From: a virus
Taxonomy: Duplodnaviria > Heunggongvirae > Uroviricota > Caudoviricetes
Length of the DNA stretch: 11,130 nucleotides
IMG/VR virus record: IMGVR_UViG_2778261303_000003
Direction: 5' to 3' (one strand)
The translations under genes and the position numbers were made by a program. How positions within the stretch are numbered: the stretch's first letter is position 1; each line of letters begins with the position of its first letter. The notes under the pieces were generated by a model. It had not been told where the DNA came from. It was given only the letters and a program-made list of their open reading frames with translations, and did not search any database. Below are positions 7,854 to 11,130 of this stretch, in pieces.

Positions 7854-8551
7854 ACACTTGCTCCTTTCAGTCCGAACTTAGCTTTAATTTCTGCGATCTT
7901 CGCCAGAGCCTGTGCACGATTTAGAGGTCTACCGCCCATAACAGGAAGTTGTTTTACTGGTTCAGGTATCGCCTCACCACGGTTAATTCTCGCAGTCATA
8001 TGGACAAGCTCATCTGCGGCCTTACGGCGTAATTCCGCATCAGTAAGCGCATTGGCCCGCATGTTCTGATACAGGTTGGTAACCAGCCAGTAGTGCGCGT
8101 TTGATTTCCACGGATAAGACTCCGCATCCGGATACAGGCCTCGCTTCCGGCAATACTCGTAAACCATATCAACCAGCTCGCTGACGTTTGGCAGTCCGGC
8201 GATAACGGATGCTTCTTCCCGGCACCATGCAACAAACTGCCCGGGTGATGGCAGGAATGGTCGATTCTGCCGACGGGCTACGCGCATTCCTGCGTTAACC
8301 TGTTCCATTGTGGTGATCCCGTTTTCCCGGAAAGCCAGAACCCACTGGCGGCGGATTTCGTTCAGTTCGTTCTGGTCACGGTTAGCCAGACTCGCCGGGA
8401 AAGTTGCCAGTAACTGGCTGAACACACCGTTGATGATCTGCGCTACCTGCTGTACCTGCGGCTTTTCGTCGTACTGTTCCGGCATGTTGTTGGCGATCCG
8501 ACGCATCTGCTCACGGTCAAAGTTAACCATCTGTGCGGCGATGTTTTTCAT
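7850..8551 (-). CDS. P: Replication protein P (DnaB helicase loader)
   Basis: 233-aa ORF MKNIAAQMVNFDREQMRRIANNMPEQYDEKPQVQQ..., matching lambda P; ATGA overlap with the O stop. Confidence 0.97.
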   Translation of the reverse strand: MKNIAAQMVNFDREQMRRIANNMPEQYDEKPQVQQVAQIINGVFSQLLATFPASLANRDQNELNEIRRQWVLAFRENGITTMEQVNAGMRVARRQNRPFLPSPGQFVAWCREEASVIAGLPNVSELVDMVYEYCRKRGLYPDAESYPWKSNAHYWLVTNLYQNMRANALTDAELRRKAADELVHMTARINRGEAIPEPVKQLPVMGGRPLNRAQALAKIAEIKAKFGLKGASV

Positions 8552-9447
8552 AGATCCACCCCGTAAATCCAGTCTGTGTTTGTCAGGTCGAGTTTTGGTT
8601 TGCTGGCTATCACGCCTGCCTGTTGCTTGTTACGGTTGATTTCGAGTTGGGTCCACTTATCGCGGAGTTTGGCCGGGCTCAGCACGTTACCGGACCAGAA
8701 GTTGTCCTGGCATGCCCAGCGGAACAGCACGCACATGTCGCGGTGGTTACGTCCGTCACGTTCACGCATCAGGCGGATATCGTTAGCCCACCCTGCAAAA
8801 TTCGGTTTTCTGGCTGATGGCGCGATGGTCTTCACCATGTCAAACATCCACTCTGCGGCGGTCAGGTCTTCTGCTGTCCCCCACTTGCTGCCACTCTGAA
8901 TTGCAGCATCCGGTTTCACCACAGAAAGGTCGTTTTCTGGCTGGTCAGAGGATTCGCCAGAATTCTCTGACGAATAATCTTTTCTTTTTTCTTTTGTAAT
9001 AGTGTCTTTTGTGTCCCCCTGTTTTGAGGGATAGCAATCCCCCAATTTGAGGGATGTTTTATCCCTCGTTTTAGGGGATTGTCCCTCGTTTTGAGGGATA
9101 CACCATTCTGAGATGTTTTTATTTGGTCCAAACATGCCGCCTTGCTGCTTGATAATATTCATTCTGACGAGTTCTAACTTGGCTTCATTGCACCGTTTGA
9201 CAGGTAACTTTGTAATCTCGCTAAGTTGAGAATCGGTGATTCTGTCCATTGGTTTATTCCACCCATAGGTTTTACGCAGAATGGCAAGCAGCACTTTAAA
9301 CTGTCGCTTGGTCAGATCTGCGCCCGAATAAGCCTCAAGCAGCATATTTGATAGTCTGGCGTAACCATCATCGAGATCTGCCACATTACGCTCCTGTCCG
9401 GCAAAGTTACCTCTGCCGAAGTTGAGTATTTTTGCTGTATTTGTCAT
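8548..9447 (-). CDS. O: Replication initiator O (origin-binding protein)
   Basis: 299-aa ORF MTNTAKILNFGRGNFAGQERNVADLDDGYARLSNMLLEAY..., matching lambda O; contains the ori iterons internally. Confidence 0.97.
   Translation of the reverse strand: MTNTAKILNFGRGNFAGQERNVADLDDGYARLSNMLLEAYSGADLTKRQFKVLLAILRKTYGWNKPMDRITDSQLSEITKLPVKRCNEAKLELVRMNIIKQQGGMFGPNKNISEWCIPQNEGQSPKTRDKTSLKLGDCYPSKQGDTKDTITKEKRKDYSSENSGESSDQPENDLSVVKPDAAIQSGSKWGTAEDLTAAEWMFDMVKTIAPSARKPNFAGWANDIRLMRERDGRNHRDMCVLFRWACQDNFWSGNVLSPAKLRDKWTQLEINRNKQQAGVIASKPKLDLTNTDWIYGVDL
8975..9100. repeat. Lambda-type replication origin: four iterons plus adjacent AT-rich region, inside O
   Basis: Iterons at about 9014-9031, 9038-9054, 9062-9078 and 9082-9098 (TCCCyc..TTTGAGGGA-type direct repeats), flanked at 8980-9010 by the AT-rich tract TCTTTTCTTTTTTCTTTTGTAATAG. 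Confidence 0.9.
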
Positions 9448-9458
9448 AATGACTCCTG

Positions 9459-9536
9459 TTGATAGATCCAGTAATGACCTCAGAACTCCATCTGGATTTG
9501 TTCAGAACGCTCGGTTGCCGCCGGGCGTTTTTTATT
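9459..9536 (+). ncRNA. oop: OOP-like antisense RNA overlapping the 3' end of cII (approximate ends)
   Basis: Hairpin CGCTCGG-ttgccg-CCGGGCG followed by TTTTTTATT (9508-9539) on the + strand, antisense to the cII C-terminus; matches the position and terminator shape of lambda oop. The 5' end is inferred, not seen. Confidence 0.55.
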
Positions 9537-9773
9537 GGTGAGAATCGCAGCAACTTGTCGCGCCAATCGAGCCATGTCGTCGTCAACGACCCCCCATTCA
9601 AGAACAGCAAGCAGCATTGAGAACTTGGGAATCCAGTCTCTCTTCCACCTGCTGATCTGCGACTTATCAACTCCCACAGCTTCCGCTGTCTTCTCAGTTC
9701 CAAGCATTGCGATTTTGTTAAGCAACGCACTCTCGATTCGTAGTGCCTCGTTGCGTTTGTTTGCACGAACCAT
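9480..9773 (-). CDS. cII: CII transcriptional activator (lysogeny establishment)
   Basis: Translation from the ATG at 9773: MVRANKRNEALRIESALLNKIAMLGTEKTAEAVGVDKSQISRWKRDWIPKF..., matching lambda CII over its length. Confidence 0.97.
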   Translation of the reverse strand: MVRANKRNEALRIESALLNKIAMLGTEKTAEAVGVDKSQISRWKRDWIPKFSMLLAVLEWGVVDDDMARLARQVAAILTNKKRPAATERSEQIQMEF

Positions 9774-9852
9774 ATGTAAGTATTTCCTTAGATAACAATT
9801 GATTGAATGTATGCAAATAAATGCATACACCATAGGTATGGTTTAATTGGAT

Positions 9853-9885
9853 GCCCTTTTTCAGGGCTGTGATGTGTAAGAGCGG
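9853..9885 (-). promoter_or_regulatory. nutR site (boxA and boxB) for N-dependent antitermination
   Basis: On the - strand: CGCTCTTACACA (boxA) followed by GCCCTGAAAAAGGGC (boxB hairpin), between cro and cII. Confidence 0.85.
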
Positions 9886-9891
9886 TGTTAT

Positions 9892-10906
<1,015 letters not shown>

Positions 10907-10956
10907 TGATAAGTCGCCGAGATGCTCGTAGAGCATACAGCGATGCAGGAGAATTT

Positions 10957-11004
10957 ATGGCACTTAATTTAGAAAGAATATCTTTTATAACCCCATTTGG
11001 GTAA
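10957..11004 (+). pseudogene. Start of an ORF with a strong Shine-Dalgarno downstream of cI, cut off after 15 codons by IS1
   Basis: AGGAG-aattt-ATG at 10946-10959; translation MALNLERISFITPFG then TAA, a stop supplied by the IS1 terminal repeat. It could instead be a fortuitous intergenic ORF. Confidence 0.3.
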
Positions 11005-11130
11005 TGACTCCAACTTATTGATAGTGTTTTATGTTCAGATAATGCCCGATGATTTTGTCATGCAGCTCCACCGATTTTGAGAACGACAGCGACTTCCGTC
11101 CCAGCCGTGCCAGGTGCTGCCTCAGATTCA
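10999..11130 (-). mobile_element. insB: IS1 insertion sequence, partial (right inverted repeat and 3' end of insB; continues beyond the window)
   Basis: GGTAATGACTCCAACTTATTGAT at 10999-11021 matches the IS1 terminal inverted repeat; the following 110 bp match the IS1 right end from memory with one mismatch. On the - strand this encodes the InsB C-terminus ...HYQ with stop at 11017..11015. Confidence 0.88.

Noticed and set aside
8975-9100. Direct repeats with regular spacing that could be taken for a small CRISPR-like array
   Set aside because: They are the four iterons of the lambda-type origin inside the O gene, with an adjacent AT-rich unwinding region; no repeat-spacer architecture and no cas genes.
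7812-9131. Several + and - strand track ORFs within P and O (7812..8069, 7996..8235, 8310..8639, 8576..8899, 8623..8817, 8817..8999, 8916..9131)
   Set aside because: All overlap the near-lambda P and O reading frames in alternative frames or antisense; no independent support.
9407-9795. Track ORFs 9407..9766 (-) and 9535..9795 (+) overlapping cII
   Set aside because: Alternative-frame and antisense ORFs over cII; the only known antisense product here is the short non-coding oop RNA.
10907-11130. Possibility that rexA is present immediately after cI
   Set aside because: No RexA-like translation is visible; the sequence after 10999 is IS1, so rexA, if present at all, is displaced beyond the window.

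Overview
This window is a mosaic lambdoid prophage segment (enterobacterial, E. coli-like), read in the reverse orientation to the standard lambda map. The right end (about 7.5-10.9 kb) is a lambda-type immunity and replication module: cI on +, then OR, cro, nutR, cII, O with the ori iterons, P, ren, a tR2-like terminator and ninB, all on -. The middle is a non-lambda nin region: a small phage Dam-type N6-adenine methyltransferase, ninE, an uncharacterized 116-aa protein, a 3' remnant of ybcO, rusA and ylcG. The left end is a DLP12/phage-21-like late region: a Q antiterminator, an oppositely oriented OmpC-family porin moron (NmpC/Lc-like), the S21-type pinholin, a SAR endolysin, the spanins Rz with embedded Rz1, the bor lipoprotein, and ybcV/ybcW/ylcI-like accessory genes. 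The window ends inside an IS1 copy inserted about 90 bp downstream of cI, where lambda carries rexAB. Almost everything here is recognisable, well-described phage biology, and I do not see a clearly new multi-gene system. The best candidates for undescribed function are the IS1-interrupted locus next to cI, the orphan methyltransferase plus adjacent unknown protein, and the ybcV/ybcW accessory cluster. All identifications rest on reading the translations and DNA motifs from memory of known families; no database search was run.
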